A DNA stretch of 64,000 bases, taken from Candidatus Bathyarchaeota archaeon. Its GTDB lineage: Archaea; Thermoproteota; Bathyarchaeia; 40CM-2-53-6. A model generated the notes under the pieces. The model did no database searches, was not told the origin of the DNA, and saw only the letters and a list, made by a program, of their open reading frames with translations. A program made the position numbers and the translations under genes. Where the stretch lies: the NCBI GenBank assembly GCA_005888745.1, contig VBBS01000031.1, positions 55,614 through 119,613 on the forward strand. Reading direction: 5' to 3'. Below, one piece after another: positions 38,644 to 47,885 of the stretch. The stretch's first letter is position 1. Each line of letters begins with the position of its first letter.

Positions 38644-40233
38644 ATGGCCCCGATCATCGGCAAAGCGAAGGCCGCGATCGACATCTCGATCGCATACCTG
38701 ACAGGGATACGTCACCTCTTCCACAGACCCTACACGCTGAGGTTTCCCCAACAAAGATACGCCGTTGAGAAGGGATACAGAGGACGACATCTGCTTCACC
38801 TCGATCGGTGCACTGGTTGCGGGATCTGCGCGTGGATCTGTCCTGAGAAATGTATCACGATCGTACCTCGCGGCCAGCGATGGTACCCACAATATTTCTA
38901 CGGTCGTTGTTGTTTCTGCCACTTCTGCGTGACTCCTGATACACTTGTATCGACGAACCCATCCGTCTCACCTATAATCCAGATACAGCCCGGCGACCGG
39001 GTCTTGACGCACACCGGGCGCTACCGTAGGGTGCGCGAGGTCCTTACACGAAACTACTCGGGAAGACTCTACAGCATCAAACCATTGGGAACGCCTTTCC
39101 CCCTTAGGGTGACGCAGGATCATCCCCTCCTAGTATCTTCCAGAAACATCATCAAAAAGGGGAGACTTGAGAAGAAACCAAGGGCCCCCATGTGGAAGAC
39201 ACCCCTTGAACTGAAACGGGGCGACTACCTGACGATGCCTATCGCCAAGGAGGTTCGGGACATCGACGTTTACGAACAGGAGGTCGTAGTTAGTCAGCCC
39301 AGCACCGGAAAACGTCTCAGAAGCAAGCTGAGCCTGAGAACAGAGCCTGATTTGTTTAGGCTGATCGGGTACTACCTTGCAGAAGGTTACGCTGTAAGGA
39401 GAACTGTCGGCTTTTCATTCGGAGAACACGAAAAAGAGTACATTGCCGACTCATCCCGACTCCTCGAGAAATATTTTGGCCGCGAAACCAAGAGGTCAAC
39501 GATACACAATTCGACCCATGTCCTTCTCCACTCCGAAGTTGCCCTTCAATTCTTCAAGACCTTTGGCCTAGGCGCGGAAAACAAGAAACTTCCAGATTGG
39601 GCTATGTTTGCGCCGGCCGAAAAACAGCGAGAACTCATACGCGGAACATGGAGAGGCAACGGTTACCTTCACAGACCCACCAAGGGCAATCGTTCAACGT
39701 TCTTCGAGTACACGACGATTTCCAAGACACTCGCCTTCCAGCTGCAACAACTCCTCTTCCGGACAGGAATTGTTGGCCAAGTTGGACTTACCTCCCATGC
39801 AGACCAGAGACCAACCTACGTGGTGACGGTTAGAGGCCGTTTTGTTTCGGCAATGGCAGATCTGATGCAGATCAGATTTGAGGACGAAAGGGTCAAGACG
39901 TTTTCTCGCTTTGAAATGGACTCGGACTATGTCTACGCGCCGGTCGAGAAAATATTCTCAGTTGAAGTTCATGATCAGCCTGTTGTGAATCTCTCGGTCG
40001 AGGGAGATGAGTCCTACGTGGCGGGAAGCGTGACAGCACACAATTGTACAGACTATTGTCCAGAGTTTGCGTTGGAGGAGACTGTTGAGTATGATATTGC
40101 AGAGTATACGCGTGATCGTTTGGTGTGGAGTCCTGAGAGGCTTTCCAAGCCCCCTGTTAAGAAGGACGACAAGTACGTGTTCAGTGTTGATACGATCGGG
40201 GGCGCGTCACAGGTGCGTCAGAAGGAGGAATAG
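38644..40233 (+). CDS. nuoI: Complex-I-like subunit I (2x[4Fe-4S] ferredoxin), interrupted by an intein
   Basis: The extein totals 156 aa. First motif CTGCGICAWICP. Second motif CCFCHF|CTDYCP is split by a 373-aa insertion. Confidence 0.8.
   Translation: MAPIIGKAKAAIDISIAYLTGIRHLFHRPYTLRFPQQRYAVEKGYRGRHLLHLDRCTGCGICAWICPEKCITIVPRGQRWYPQYFYGRCCFCHFCVTPDTLVSTNPSVSPIIQIQPGDRVLTHTGRYRRVREVLTRNYSGRLYSIKPLGTPFPLRVTQDHPLLVSSRNIIKKGRLEKKPRAPMWKTPLELKRGDYLTMPIAKEVRDIDVYEQEVVVSQPSTGKRLRSKLSLRTEPDLFRLIGYYLAEGYAVRRTVGFSFGEHEKEYIADSSRLLEKYFGRETKRSTIHNSTHVLLHSEVALQFFKTFGLGAENKKLPDWAMFAPAEKQRELIRGTWRGNGYLHRPTKGNRSTFFEYTTISKTLAFQLQQLLFRTGIVGQVGLTSHADQRPTYVVTVRGRFVSAMADLMQIRFEDERVKTFSRFEMDSDYVYAPVEKIFSVEVHDQPVVNLSVEGDESYVAGSVTAHNCTDYCPEFALEETVEYDIAEYTRDRLVWSPERLSKPPVKKDDKYVFSVDTIGGASQVRQKEE
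38926..40044 (+). mobile_element. Intein (Hint domain plus LAGLIDADG-type homing endonuclease core) inside nuoI
   Basis: Starts CVTPDTLV (block A) and has TQDHPLLV (block B). The endonuclease core contains GYYLAEGYAV. Ends VHDQPVVNLSVEGDESYVAGSVTAHN followed by +1 Cys. Excision restores C-x2-C-x2-C-x3-C-P. Confidence 0.75.
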
Positions 40234-40236
40234 ACA

Positions 40237-41475
40237 ATGTCCGCGGCTCCGAAACCCGCAACGTCGCCAGCTGTCGCTCAGACTATGCCTCTGAAGTCGA
40301 CTGTCGAGGGTGAAGGTTGGAAGGCGCGGCCGATCAAGCTCAAGATCTTTGGTAATCTCATCCAGGAGGTTGTGAACAAGAACCTCTGCATGTACTGCGG
40401 AGCCTGCATTGCCTCCTGCCCGATCGACATTCTCTTTCACAGCGAAAAAGAAGAACCGGTGATGAGGGGTACTTGTGCTGCCTGCCAGGTCTGCTACTAT
40501 AGTTGCCCGAGGATCGAGCTACCGCTTGCGGAGATCGAGCAACAGGTCTTCGGACGATCGAGAACTGCCGAGGAGGCGATTCTCGGAATCCATGTCGGAT
40601 CCTACTCGGTCAAGTCGAAGGACCCTGATGTGGTCAAGCGTGCCCAGGATGGTGGAGCCGTAACTTCTCTCCTACTCTACGCGCTCGATCGAAAGATAAT
40701 CGACTACGCCGTCAACTCTGGCTTTACGTCAGGTAAGCCCTGGCGGCCTGAGCCGCAGATCGCGCGGACTAGAGCGGACCTGTTGAACCACGCCGGGTCC
40801 CGATACACACCCGGAGGGCAGGTCGGAGGACTGGCTGAGGTAGCTATCCCTAACCGGTCTGTTGTTAGCTTCCAGGAAGAGCGTATTGCTCTTGTCGGGT
40901 TGCCCTGTGAGCTTCAGGGAAACTGGCGCATGGCCACTCACTGGATAGCCGCACCGAAGCTCACGAGAAATCTCGTATTCACGATTGGGCTGTTCTGTTC
41001 TAAGGTGTTTGATTATCAGAAGATGATGGTGGACTATGTTCAGGGCAAGAGGGGAATAGACCTCAACAACGTTACGAAGGTCAATATCAAGAGAAACCGG
41101 TTGCTAGTCTACACAGGGGACAAACTTGCCATTGACGAGCCTGTGGAGGCTGTGGCCGCTGCGGCGCGCGAAGAATGTAATGCTTGTGTCGACTATTCGG
41201 CCGAACTGGCCGACATCGCTGTTGGTGCTATCGGATCGGCTCCTGGTTGGAGTACGGTTATTACTAGAAGCCCGAGGGGAGAGGAGATACTGAGAGGCGC
41301 GGTTGAATCAGGCTACTTGGATGCGAAGCCATTGGACCCGATGGGAAAAGCGATGAAGTTTCTTGAGAAGCTGTGCGAAAAGAAACGCTTGCGGGACCCC
41401 TCGGCTTATCTGCGCCATGAGACTGCTTTCCCGAAGCCGGAGCCAACTCTGGTTGCGCTCGAGATCCCCCACTAG
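40237..41475 (+). CDS. FrhB/FpoF/FqoF-like protein (coenzyme F420-binding iron-sulfur flavoprotein)
   Basis: N-terminal 2x[4Fe-4S] (CMYCGACIASCP, CAACQVCYYSCP) followed by an FrhB_FdhB N/C-like body with conserved Cys near the C-terminus. Confidence 0.7.
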   Translation: MSAAPKPATSPAVAQTMPLKSTVEGEGWKARPIKLKIFGNLIQEVVNKNLCMYCGACIASCPIDILFHSEKEEPVMRGTCAACQVCYYSCPRIELPLAEIEQQVFGRSRTAEEAILGIHVGSYSVKSKDPDVVKRAQDGGAVTSLLLYALDRKIIDYAVNSGFTSGKPWRPEPQIARTRADLLNHAGSRYTPGGQVGGLAEVAIPNRSVVSFQEERIALVGLPCELQGNWRMATHWIAAPKLTRNLVFTIGLFCSKVFDYQKMMVDYVQGKRGIDLNNVTKVNIKRNRLLVYTGDKLAIDEPVEAVAAAAREECNACVDYSAELADIAVGAIGSAPGWSTVITRSPRGEEILRGAVESGYLDAKPLDPMGKAMKFLEKLCEKKRLRDPSAYLRHETAFPKPEPTLVALEIPH

Positions 41476-41577
41476 AAACCCGACAATCCTCAACTGCCCT
41501 GGAGAATCTGTCTAGTTTGAGCAATTTTCCAGATCTGGCAGATCCGAACCGTTGCTGAGGATTGCTTTCACAAAGGT

Positions 41578-41634
41578 CCGAGGAGGGGGCTCTCTTGCGT
41601 CGCAAGGTCGAGTCGCTAAGAGCCCCTCCTTCGG
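41578..41634 (+). terminator. Strong GC-rich stem-loop ~100 nt downstream of the FrhB-like gene
   Basis: CCGAGGAGGGGGCTCT...AGAGCCCCTCCTTCGG is an inverted repeat of about 14 bp. Its loop holds a second small palindrome (CTTGCG/CGCAAG). Confidence 0.3.
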
Positions 41635-42070
41635 AGAATATTTGTTGTCTGACGGTGATTATTGGCGAGACGGGCGATTCAGGCACAGTCGAGACTTGGA
41701 TGGCATGCCGTTTTGTCGAGGCGTCAAGAACGATTTGCTAGGAAATCTGGGGAAGGGCTCCTAGAACCGAGATCAGGGCTGGTAATGGGCGATTTCGTAA
41801 TCGGAATTTTTCTGCTCAGACCCCTCTCGCGTCGAGAGATACTGTGGTCTTATACTGGCTCTTTTTCCCCAGAAAATCTTGTGTCACAACTATAATGGGC
41901 GAGTCTTGTGATTCAGGGTTCAGTCCCGCCTTGGCTGTGACGGCTAAAAGACGAGAAGCCCAGCGCCATTTTTCAAAGGATTCTCAGGCACGTTTGGACT
42001 CGTGGTCCTATTCGACGTTGGAGCTTATTCTGGAGGATATCTTCTCCAAGAAGCGATAGTGATGTTGTGG

Positions 42071-42676
42071 TTATGGAAGGCGCCTGTGCGGCGGGCCTAA
42101 GTCTTTGACGATCGAGGAAATTGGACCTATGGATCTGTGAGCATGGCGACGGCCAAAAGCTCTGGGAGGAACGAGCATTTGCAAGAGATTTCTCACTGAC
42201 TGTTTTGAGTCCTCCTCCTTGGCCTCCTCGCCCGCCTTAATCTCAGCAGTATCCACTTTCACGATTTTGGGAGGACCGTTCCTGTGGGAGGGACTGCCGA
42301 GAAAGTGTTCGGCCAGCAGTGATCGCGGAGCTTGGAGTCCGCAGGAAGGACAAGTGTCGAAAGACACCATGGCAGAGGCAATACTGAGCGTCTGATTTGG
42401 TGCGATTGTTGCATCCGGTGTTTTCGTTCTAGCTTTCCTTCTAGTTCCGGCGAAGGTGACAGTCCGCTGGCCCTTCCGGTTGTGAGGAGAGGTTTTTCGA
42501 TGACGGACTGACGAAACCGATCTAGTTTTCCGTATCGTGAGTATTGGCATTTTCTTTGATGAAGATTGTCTGGTTCTCAGAGTCATGCTCAGGTGTCCGG
42601 TTCTAAACACCACTGCTAGCATTACGAGAGTTCCGGCTAGTAGCCCGCCGAGGAATTCGAAGATAACCGGGTCCAT
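42071..42676 (-). CDS. Hypothetical basic protein with an N-terminal TM helix and a C2H2-like CPSCG...H...H motif
   Basis: 201-aa ORF with a C2H2-like motif CPSCGLQAPRSLLAEHFLGSPSH; weak call. Confidence 0.3.
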   Translation of the reverse strand: MDPVIFEFLGGLLAGTLVMLAVVFRTGHLSMTLRTRQSSSKKMPILTIRKTRSVSSVRHRKTSPHNRKGQRTVTFAGTRRKARTKTPDATIAPNQTLSIASAMVSFDTCPSCGLQAPRSLLAEHFLGSPSHRNGPPKIVKVDTAEIKAGEEAKEEDSKQSVRNLLQMLVPPRAFGRRHAHRSIGPISSIVKDLGPPHRRLP

Positions 42677-42691
42677 AGTCTGTTTTTCTCC

Positions 42692-42886
42692 CTATGTCAA
42701 CGGAACGTCGAGATAGCTGTCCTGAGCACATTCGGCGCAGCGTATCTTCCCCCTTGGGGTTCTACACGCTTCGTCATCACTCAATATTTCTCTCCTGCAA
42801 GAGGGACAGACTACCATGCACTGGCTCATGTGCCCAACCGTCAAGAAGAAGACCGCGTGCAGAGGTAATTCCCCGGTTGTAACCAA
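42692..42886 (-). CDS. Small zinc-ribbon protein
   Basis: 64 aa with CPSC...CAEC. Confidence 0.25.
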   Translation of the reverse strand: MVTTGELPLHAVFFLTVGHMSQCMVVCPSCRREILSDDEACRTPRGKIRCAECAQDSYLDVPLT

Positions 42887-42995
42887 TCCCGAAGCTCTCG
42901 GGTAACACCCGCTTTAAATAGGGAGCAGAGAATTTCGCGAATCTCACTCTCAACAAAGAATCGTTTTCCAAACCCCAGGACTTGACTCGGGCTAG

Positions 42996-43247
42996 GTGTC
43001 GGGAATCATCGGGGCGGTTATCAGTTTCACTTTTAGTGCCATCTACTGGATAATACTTGTTTGGCGTAGTAGATTCGTGGCAAAACTGTTGGAAAAGGTC
43101 ACCAATCATGAGTGTCCGCGTTGTGGTCGGACGCAGTTGAACGTCTACTTCTCGGACCAGACTGACAACCGAGTGGGTGCCTGGTGCGAGTTCTGCAATC
43201 TCAAGGCGTACTATTTCGGCGAAAGACTTGTTCCGATCAATTCCTAG
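42996..43247 (+). CDS. Small membrane protein with a zinc-ribbon
   Basis: 83 aa; an N-terminal TM helix, then CPRCG...CEFC. Confidence 0.35.
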   Translation: MSGIIGAVISFTFSAIYWIILVWRSRFVAKLLEKVTNHECPRCGRTQLNVYFSDQTDNRVGAWCEFCNLKAYYFGERLVPINS

Positions 43248-43268
43248 CCTGATCGTGTTCGCAAGACT

Positions 43269-43610
43269 CTATTCTGGAGGGGAGGATCCCTCGGGAATGT
43301 TCAAAGTCATCTCTCCCTCAACCATCTTTCTCTGCAAGCGCGCAGTGAAAAGCTCCAGGTCCACGCTGAGCTCTTCAAGTCTCTTGATCGCTTCGGGTTG
43401 TAGGATGGGGCTGACATTCTGGCCACCTATCCGCCCATAGGCAACGGCTTCGAACGGAAATCTTTCGCCCTTGTAGATCGCGTAGCCCGTTAGGAAATTG
43501 GCGACGCCGCCACCGACACCGCTCGATTCACCCATCGCGTCGATGAAAACGTCCATGTCGTACTGTAGCTGAGCGTCTTCCGCTTTTCGAAATGGGTTCT
43601 GAGAATTCAT
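43269..43610 (-). CDS. Hypothetical protein
   Basis: 113-aa ORF with no recognisable motif. Confidence 0.3.
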   Translation of the reverse strand: MNSQNPFRKAEDAQLQYDMDVFIDAMGESSGVGGGVANFLTGYAIYKGERFPFEAVAYGRIGGQNVSPILQPEAIKRLEELSVDLELFTARLQRKMVEGEMTLNIPEGSSPPE

Positions 43611-43616
43611 CGATGA

Positions 43617-44426
43617 TCAGCCGTAGGCCGGCATGTCTAGCGGGTGCCACTGTTTTGCTCTGAGGCTTCTGACTCGTGACCATGAGAGCCAACCGGCGAC
43701 AACGGCCGCGACCAACAGTATGTCTAATGCTGTCTCGCTCGCGGTGAGGCCGGTTGTGAATTGGATCCATAGCTGAGCAGCAAACGCGGTCGCAACTGCT
43801 ACTAGTCCTAGGGTAGCAGGCCAGAGTTTGGGCCTCTGCAAGAAGATTCCAGACGCTATGACGGCTACGGCGAGAATCGCAAGGACACCGAGAACTGTGG
43901 GGTTGGCTAAGCTGAATGAGGCTTGTAGGCCGAGCGAAACTCCTGAGACGATGAACAAGATGCTTGTTAGGTTGAGAACATTGTATCGCGACGGTTGGAT
44001 TATTGCGGCGGATAGTGGTGGGGTAAAAGAGAACGGTTTTCCTAGTGCTTGGTTAGCGTTGGTAGTTCCGAGATGTTTCTTGCCTGTGATCACGTCAACT
44101 GGCGCGTTTACGAAGTTTTCTACGAGGATGATTCTATGTTGACCTATACCAGAGGCGGGTCCGGCTTCTATGGAATAGTCTGATCCGACTTTGAGTTCGA
44201 GTTTCGTGTCAGTGGTGCACGAGTGCTGGATCATGTTTCCGGGCTTTGCCTGGATCAGAGTCCAGTTGGAACCCGTGTTTCTCGTACAGATTAGTGCGGC
44301 CCATTTTGACCCGGGTTCAATCTTGGGGAGTCCGACTTCAGGGGCGAGGTCTGTCATTCCGAATCGCTTGTCTTCGCAGAAGGTCTGCGGGCAGGACCGG
44401 CATTTCCAGACGTCAATCGAGCCCAT
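43617..44426 (-). CDS. Membrane protein with an N-terminal zinc-ribbon, a soluble middle domain and 3-4 C-terminal TM helices
   Basis: This is the downstream 270 aa of ORF 43617..45020. The part of that ORF upstream of about 44430 is antisense to serS and is taken as a shadow. The start is put at the internal Met MGSIDVWKCRSCPQTFC. Confidence 0.45.
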   Translation of the reverse strand: MGSIDVWKCRSCPQTFCEDKRFGMTDLAPEVGLPKIEPGSKWAALICTRNTGSNWTLIQAKPGNMIQHSCTTDTKLELKVGSDYSIEAGPASGIGQHRIILVENFVNAPVDVITGKKHLGTTNANQALGKPFSFTPPLSAAIIQPSRYNVLNLTSILFIVSGVSLGLQASFSLANPTVLGVLAILAVAVIASGIFLQRPKLWPATLGLVAVATAFAAQLWIQFTTGLTASETALDILLVAAVVAGWLSWSRVRSLRAKQWHPLDMPAYG

Positions 44427-44594
44427 GACGTAGCCGTTGTCAATGAGGTTGACGACTCCGAAATAGACTACGTCGTGCTGGTGTAATTCCAAGACTGAGT
44501 TTGGGAGACGTCTTCGTCCTTGAAAAGTCTTGGCACAACCCAGAGGGACATTGGTTTTTTTACCGACGGGGAGATTGTTGGGCGCGAATCTGTC

Positions 44595-45881
44595 TTGCTG
44601 GACATCAAGCTCGTAAGAGAGAACCCCGAGATAGTCAAGGAGAGCCTGCGGAAGAGGGGCATGCCTGACATGCGGAACCAGGTGGATCTCCTCTTGAAGC
44701 TCGATACTGAGTGGCGGCGCCTTCAGGCAGAAGCTGATCAACTGAGGAGGAAAAGAAACGAGGTCACGGCGGCAATCGCCGAGGCGAGAAAGAAGAAACA
44801 GGATGCTGCGGCACTGATGAAAGAGGCCCAGGTCGTTCCGGAGAAGGTCCAGGGTCTCGAGGCAAGAATCGATGAGGCAAGGCAGAAGATCGAGAATCTT
44901 CTCATGAATCTTCCCAACATTCTCCACGAGAGTGTGCCTTTCGGAAAAGATGAAGACGACAATGTCGAAGTAAGAAAGTGGGGCGCGACCCCGAAGTTCG
45001 AATTCAAGACTCTTGATCATATCGACTTAGGACTCAAACGCGGGCTCATCGATGTCGAGAAAGCAGCGCGTGTCGCCGGAGCTCGCTTCTACTATCTTAG
45101 AGAGGATCTTGTCCGTCTGAACCATGCACTGATCCAATACGGGCTAGATTTTGTAGTGAAAAAGGGCTTCCAGCTCTACCAGCCGCCGTACTTTCTGCGG
45201 CGCGACATCATCGCCGGGGCAGTTGCCCTCAAGGACTTTGAAGACGTGATCTACAAGATCGAGGGTGAAGATCTCTACTTGATTCCTACCGCTGAGCACG
45301 CTCTCCTAGCGCTCCACAACGACGATATCATCGATCAACCGAACCTGCCATTGCGCTACGCCGGGGTCAGTCCGTGTTTTCGGAAGGAAGCGGGGGCCCA
45401 TGGCAGAGATACCAAGGGGATATTTCGTGTCCACCAGTTCGAGAAGGTTGAGATGTTCCTCTTCTCAACCCCTGAGGATTCTTGGAAGCTTCACGAGGAG
45501 TTGTTGCAGAACGTGGAGGAGTTCTTTCAGAGTTTGAAGATTCCTCATAGGATCGTCAACGTGTGCACCGGGGACCTTGGGACTGTTGCGGCGAAAAAAT
45601 ACGATCTGGAGGCGTGGCTGCCTGGACAGGGGAAATATCGGGAAATGGCGTCGTGCAGCAACTGTACATCGTACCAAGCGGTCAGATCAAAGGTCCGGTA
45701 CAGGGAAAAACCTAGTCTTCCCACCAAATACGCACACACATTGAACAGTACTCTCGTTGCTACCGAACGCGCTATCGTCGCGATAATGGAAAACGATCAG
45801 ACTCGTGATGGAACGATCGAAATACCGCGCGTTCTGCAGGATTACATGAACGGGCAGCAGGAGATTCCACAACACCGTTAG
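44595..45881 (+). CDS. serS: Seryl-tRNA synthetase
   Basis: N-terminal coiled-coil (MLDIKLVRENPE...), class II motifs, and a C-terminal ...GQGKYREMASCSNCTSYQA. The likely start is the TTG at 44595. Confidence 0.9.
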   Translation: MLDIKLVRENPEIVKESLRKRGMPDMRNQVDLLLKLDTEWRRLQAEADQLRRKRNEVTAAIAEARKKKQDAAALMKEAQVVPEKVQGLEARIDEARQKIENLLMNLPNILHESVPFGKDEDDNVEVRKWGATPKFEFKTLDHIDLGLKRGLIDVEKAARVAGARFYYLREDLVRLNHALIQYGLDFVVKKGFQLYQPPYFLRRDIIAGAVALKDFEDVIYKIEGEDLYLIPTAEHALLALHNDDIIDQPNLPLRYAGVSPCFRKEAGAHGRDTKGIFRVHQFEKVEMFLFSTPEDSWKLHEELLQNVEEFFQSLKIPHRIVNVCTGDLGTVAAKKYDLEAWLPGQGKYREMASCSNCTSYQAVRSKVRYREKPSLPTKYAHTLNSTLVATERAIVAIMENDQTRDGTIEIPRVLQDYMNGQQEIPQHR

Positions 45882-45944
45882 CCCAGTCCAGGAAGTAAGT
45901 TTCGGAATTGACCGGCCTGATCTGTCCCTCGGAAGTTTGTTCAG

Positions 45945-46736
45945 CTAGAAGAATCCAATGGCGCTTCCGATGATGTACAGGACGCCCGCTGCTGCTACTC
46001 CGATGATCACAGTTTCGAGTCCGCTTCTCCAAAATCTTCTTCCCACGATTCTTCCTTTCCAAACTCCAACTCCGAACAAAAACAGGGGCGAGACTAGTGC
46101 AGCGGCGATGATGGAGCTGTTCCTTGTTGTAAGAAGAATGAACGGGGTGAGCGGTATCAGGGCTCCTGCAAGGTATGATAAGCCGATAACCCAGCCCATC
46201 TTGATAGGGTTCTCCAGTCTCGTCTCGTGCACGTGTAATTCATGCATCAGAATATCTTCGAGGAATTTCTCTTTGTTCCCGGATATCTTCTCGACAATTT
46301 TTTCTGCTTCATCCTGGCTGAGCCCTTTGGCCACGTAGAAGTTTTTCAGTTCGCTCTTTTCTTCCTCTGGCTCTTGTTCGATCTCTCCCGCTTCTCTCTT
46401 GGCGTCTGCATGATAGAGGTCGTATTCTGATCGTTGTGCCAGAAATCCCGCGAAAGACATGGAGATAGCTCCAGCTAGCATAGAGGCGATTCCAGCGAAC
46501 CGGATTAGTTGGATGTCTGAGACGTACCCAGCGAACCCGCTTAGAAACGCAAGGTTCGTGATAAGTCCGTCAGATATTCCAAGTGCGGAGCTTCCGATAT
46601 AGCCTCTAGCGCGGATGTGCTTGTGTCTCTCGGCTGGTTGCGTTGTCAAACCGGCTAACTGTCGATTGCTACTCATGTGGAGGTTGTTGACGCAGGCTGA
46701 GTGGGTTATTTCAGTCCTCGCCCTTCCCCACTTCAA
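45945..46736 (-). CDS. VIT1/CCC1 family iron/manganese transporter
   Basis: ...SDGLITNLAFLSGFAG... N-terminal motif, a central acidic loop, and C-terminal TM helices. Confidence 0.7.
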   Translation of the reverse strand: MKWGRARTEITHSACVNNLHMSSNRQLAGLTTQPAERHKHIRARGYIGSSALGISDGLITNLAFLSGFAGYVSDIQLIRFAGIASMLAGAISMSFAGFLAQRSEYDLYHADAKREAGEIEQEPEEEKSELKNFYVAKGLSQDEAEKIVEKISGNKEKFLEDILMHELHVHETRLENPIKMGWVIGLSYLAGALIPLTPFILLTTRNSSIIAAALVSPLFLFGVGVWKGRIVGRRFWRSGLETVIIGVAAAGVLYIIGSAIGFF

Positions 46737-46784
46737 CAGGTTAATTGCTCTGCCAGTCCATCAAAAAGAGCCGAGAGCGCGTAG

Positions 46785-47381
46785 ATGAGTCCCAAGAGAC
46801 ATTTCACTGTCAAAGAGTTGTCGCTTTCGACCTGGCCGGATTTCGAGAAGCTCGCCGTCAAGCAAGGTGGCTGTTGGTGCATGTTCTATCAACGACCGAA
46901 ACCGGTCGGGAAAGGGTCGTCGACCGAAGAATGGAAGAAAATCAACAGGAAAGACAAAGAAAACCTCGTACGACAAGGTCGCGCGCACGCGATCATGGTC
47001 TACGATGAAAGGACGCCGGTTGGTTGGTGCCAATACGGCACGAGAGATGAGCTTCCAAGAATAGACGCGGGGCGCGGCTATCGGAAGGTCAGACCTCTAG
47101 TTGGAACCGAAAAGATTTGGAGAATAACATGCTTCTTCGTCGACAAGGACTACAGAGGTCAGGGTGTCTCCAAGATCGCGCTTCACGCGGCCCTCGAATC
47201 TATCCGGAATCACGGAGGAGGAATCGTCGAAGCCTACCCAGTCGTGTCCAAGAAAATGGCCGCTGTGCCTGAGTGGCGTTGGTTCGGCACACCGAGCATG
47301 TTCAGGAGAGAACGCTTCAAACAAGTTGCTCCGCTGGGAACAAGTGGTCTTCTTATGCGAAGGACAATACTGCCAGGCTAA
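46785..47381 (+). CDS. GNAT family N-acetyltransferase
   Basis: Acetyl-CoA-binding motif RGQGVSKIALHAALESI. Confidence 0.7.
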   Translation: MSPKRHFTVKELSLSTWPDFEKLAVKQGGCWCMFYQRPKPVGKGSSTEEWKKINRKDKENLVRQGRAHAIMVYDERTPVGWCQYGTRDELPRIDAGRGYRKVRPLVGTEKIWRITCFFVDKDYRGQGVSKIALHAALESIRNHGGGIVEAYPVVSKKMAAVPEWRWFGTPSMFRRERFKQVAPLGTSGLLMRRTILPG

Positions 47382-47387
47382 ACGGGA

Positions 47388-47885
47388 TTGACGAGCAAGA
47401 AGTCTAATCGCGTGCCAGCGGGAAGCCGACCATACATGCCTGGCTATGACATGATGTTTCGGAAAGACAAGAGATCTCTGTCCTGGAAATGGGCAGTTGA
47501 TCGGTTTTCCAACGCGCACAACTATTACCTTTCTACAACCCGTTCTGATGGCAGACCGCATGTCATGCCGGTTTGGGGAGTCTGGCTGGATCGCGCGTTC
47601 TACTTCAGCACCGGCCGGCGATCAAGGAAATCGAGGAATCTGTCAATCAATCCCAGTTGCGCAGTTTGTCCTGAAAACGCGTCGGAGGCTGTTATCTTGG
47701 AGGGCACGGCGGTAGAGATTCGCGAAAAATCGCTGCGAAGTCGGTTTGCGGCCGCTTACAAAAGAAAGTACGATTGGGATATGGGCGATAGCAAAGAGCC
47801 GATTTACGAGGTGCGACCCCGAGTGGTTTTCGGAATCAGGGAAAATGCCGAGGCGAATCCTACACGCTGGCGATTCAGTAGTTGA
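47388..47885 (+). CDS. PNPOx-like / PPOX-class split-barrel flavoprotein
   Basis: ...NYYLSTTRSDGRPHVMPVWGVWLDRAFYFSTGRRSRKSRNLSINPSCAV... Confidence 0.65.
   Translation: MTSKKSNRVPAGSRPYMPGYDMMFRKDKRSLSWKWAVDRFSNAHNYYLSTTRSDGRPHVMPVWGVWLDRAFYFSTGRRSRKSRNLSINPSCAVCPENASEAVILEGTAVEIREKSLRSRFAAAYKRKYDWDMGDSKEPIYEVRPRVVFGIRENAEANPTRWRFSS

Noticed and set aside
44430-45020. The upstream (N-terminal) 198 aa of the 467-aa minus-strand ORF 43617..45020
   Set aside because: It is antisense to serS, whose identity is unambiguous. Only the part downstream of an internal Met at about 44426 is kept as a membrane-protein gene divergent from serS.
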